Shown: positions 23,044-24,000 of the stretch, one piece after another
How the letters are laid out: every line of letters begins with the position of its first letter
Position numbering within the stretch: position 1 is the stretch's first letter
Assembly: GCA_016220145.1 (NCBI GenBank)
Contig: JACRID010000060.1
Coordinates: 742-24,741, forward strand
DNA from: Candidatus Peregrinibacteria bacterium
Lineage (GTDB): Bacteria; Patescibacteriota; Gracilibacteria; UBA1369; UM-FILTER-53-11
Direction of reading: 5' to 3'
Length of the DNA stretch: 24,000 nucleotides
The notes under the pieces: generated by a model
Told to the model about the DNA's origin: nothing
What the model saw: only the letters and a program-made list of their open reading frames with translations
Database searches by the model: none
Program-made: the position numbers and the translations under genes

Positions 23044-24000
23044 TTAGGCGAATAGAGAGCTTTGCGCAGGCTCATCTCCTAGGCCGAGCCGCGGCTCGGC
23101 TACTGCATTATTGCGCCCGAAGGGCGCATCCTTATACATTTCGTCAACTCTTCGGATCAAACTTTTGAATCCAAATCCGGCAAGGGTTTGCTTAACCGAC
23201 TTGGCATCAAAGTGTTTTGCGCGGCATGCCGGCAGGTCAAAATCCAATGGTACATTTACTTCCAAAGTCGCCAATTTTTTGCTCATAAACGCATTTTCTC
23301 GCGAAGCCTCAAGTTTCTTCCTCACACCCTCCGAAATTGCCCCAAGATGTTCATAGATATTTTCCAAATTTCCGAAATCTTGCAAAAGTTTTGTCGCACC
23401 CTTGTCTCCAATTCCCATCACCCCTGGAATATTATCCGAATTATCTCCGGCTAGCCCTTTGTAGTCCGGAATTTGCGCCGGGGTAATCCCATATTCCTTT
23501 TTAATTTCATCCGCGCTGAAAATCTCCGCCTCCTTAAAACCTTTCGTCGGATACAAAATAGAAACTTTGTCGGATGCAATTTGAAACATGTCAAAATCGC
23601 CACTCGCAATCAAGGTGTGCACGTCGGTCTTTGGCCCAAGCAAAGCCACAATTGCCGCCAAAATGTCGTCCGCTTCAAATCCCTCAACTTCAAATCCCGG
23701 AATTCCAAAAGCCGCAACCACCTCTTTTACCAGCGGAATTTGATCGTAAAGTTCTTGAGGGGCCTTAACTCGCGTCGCTTTGTATTCCTTATATGCCTTA
23801 TGGCGAAAAGTCGGCCCTTTTCTGTCGAATGCCACGGCCAAATAATCCGGTTTATGATTCGCCAAAATTGTCAAAAGTATGCTGGTAAAGCCAAAAACCG
23901 CGTTTGTTGGAGCGCCCGTCGGGCTCTTAAAAAACGGCGGAATTGCATAAAACCCCCTATATATAAGTCCGGAACCATCTATTAGTATTAGTTTTTCCAT
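23044..24000 (-). CDS. Stand-alone 5'-3' exonuclease / flap endonuclease (DNA polymerase I N-terminal domain homolog)
   Basis: The N-terminus MEKLILIDGSGLIYRGFYAIP...GAPTNAVFGFTSIL is the canonical PolI 5' nuclease start. The H3TH region reads DNIPGVMGIGDKGATKLL. At 318 aa there is no polymerase domain. The ATG is the last codon of the window (23998-24000). The last ~28 aa derive from the GC-rich repeat. Confidence 0.9.
   Translation of the reverse strand: MEKLILIDGSGLIYRGFYAIPPFFKSPTGAPTNAVFGFTSILLTILANHKPDYLAVAFDRKGPTFRHKAYKEYKATRVKAPQELYDQIPLVKEVVAAFGIPGFEVEGFEADDILAAIVALLGPKTDVHTLIASGDFDMFQIASDKVSILYPTKGFKEAEIFSADEIKKEYGITPAQIPDYKGLAGDNSDNIPGVMGIGDKGATKLLQDFGNLENIYEHLGAISEGVRKKLEASRENAFMSKKLATLEVNVPLDFDLPACRAKHFDAKSVKQTLAGFGFKSLIRRVDEMYKDAPFGRNNAVAEPRLGLGDEPAQSSLFA
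23066..23131. repeat. GC-rich multi-hairpin repeat, short copy, forming the 3' end of the exonuclease CDS
   Basis: It contains an 18-bp perfect palindrome GCCGAGCCGCGGCTCGGC (23083-23100) and the hairpin TGCGCCC gaa GGGCGCA (23112-23128). The sequence matches the 19796-19900 element apart from a ~40-bp internal segment that this copy lacks. It is translated as DAPFGRNNAVAEPRLGLGDEPAQSSLFA-stop. Confidence 0.7.

Overview
Chromosomal segment that is mostly housekeeping genes. On the minus strand: mfd, dnaN, rnj, a femAB-family gene, ftsZ, ftsA and a stand-alone 5'-3' exonuclease. On the plus strand: murD, prfB, a class-III aminotransferase, an aldehyde dehydrogenase and def. A Wzx/MurJ-type flippase lies on the minus strand between murD and prfB. 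The compact layout, the split-off PolI-type exonuclease, femAB inside the division cluster and near-absent Shine-Dalgarno motifs suggest a reduced-genome bacterium, possibly Patescibacteria/CPR; this is inference only. RF2 is present and UGA is used as a stop (def), so the standard bacterial code applies. No rRNA, tRNA or CRISPR array was found. Two patches look accessory. (1) nt 1-3056 holds a protein with a C-terminal HicA-like domain fused to a large unknown N-terminal region. It is followed by a methyltransferase-like gene with a PRMT-style double-E loop and a decayed tandem paralog of that gene. This is my best candidate for an undescribed module. (2) nt 18040-18948 holds an AbiEii-type nucleotidyltransferase with a small upstream partner. 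The window is also rich in palindromic repeats. There are two copies of a ~100-bp element with terminal inverted repeats in intergenic DNA. There are two copies of a GC-rich multi-hairpin element translated in-frame inside CDSs (femAB-family gene and exonuclease C-terminus). There is also a 38-bp perfect palindrome, and a ~150-bp nested palindrome fills the murD/flippase convergent gap. A 485-bp non-coding region upstream of dnaN, with no dnaA, is unexplained.
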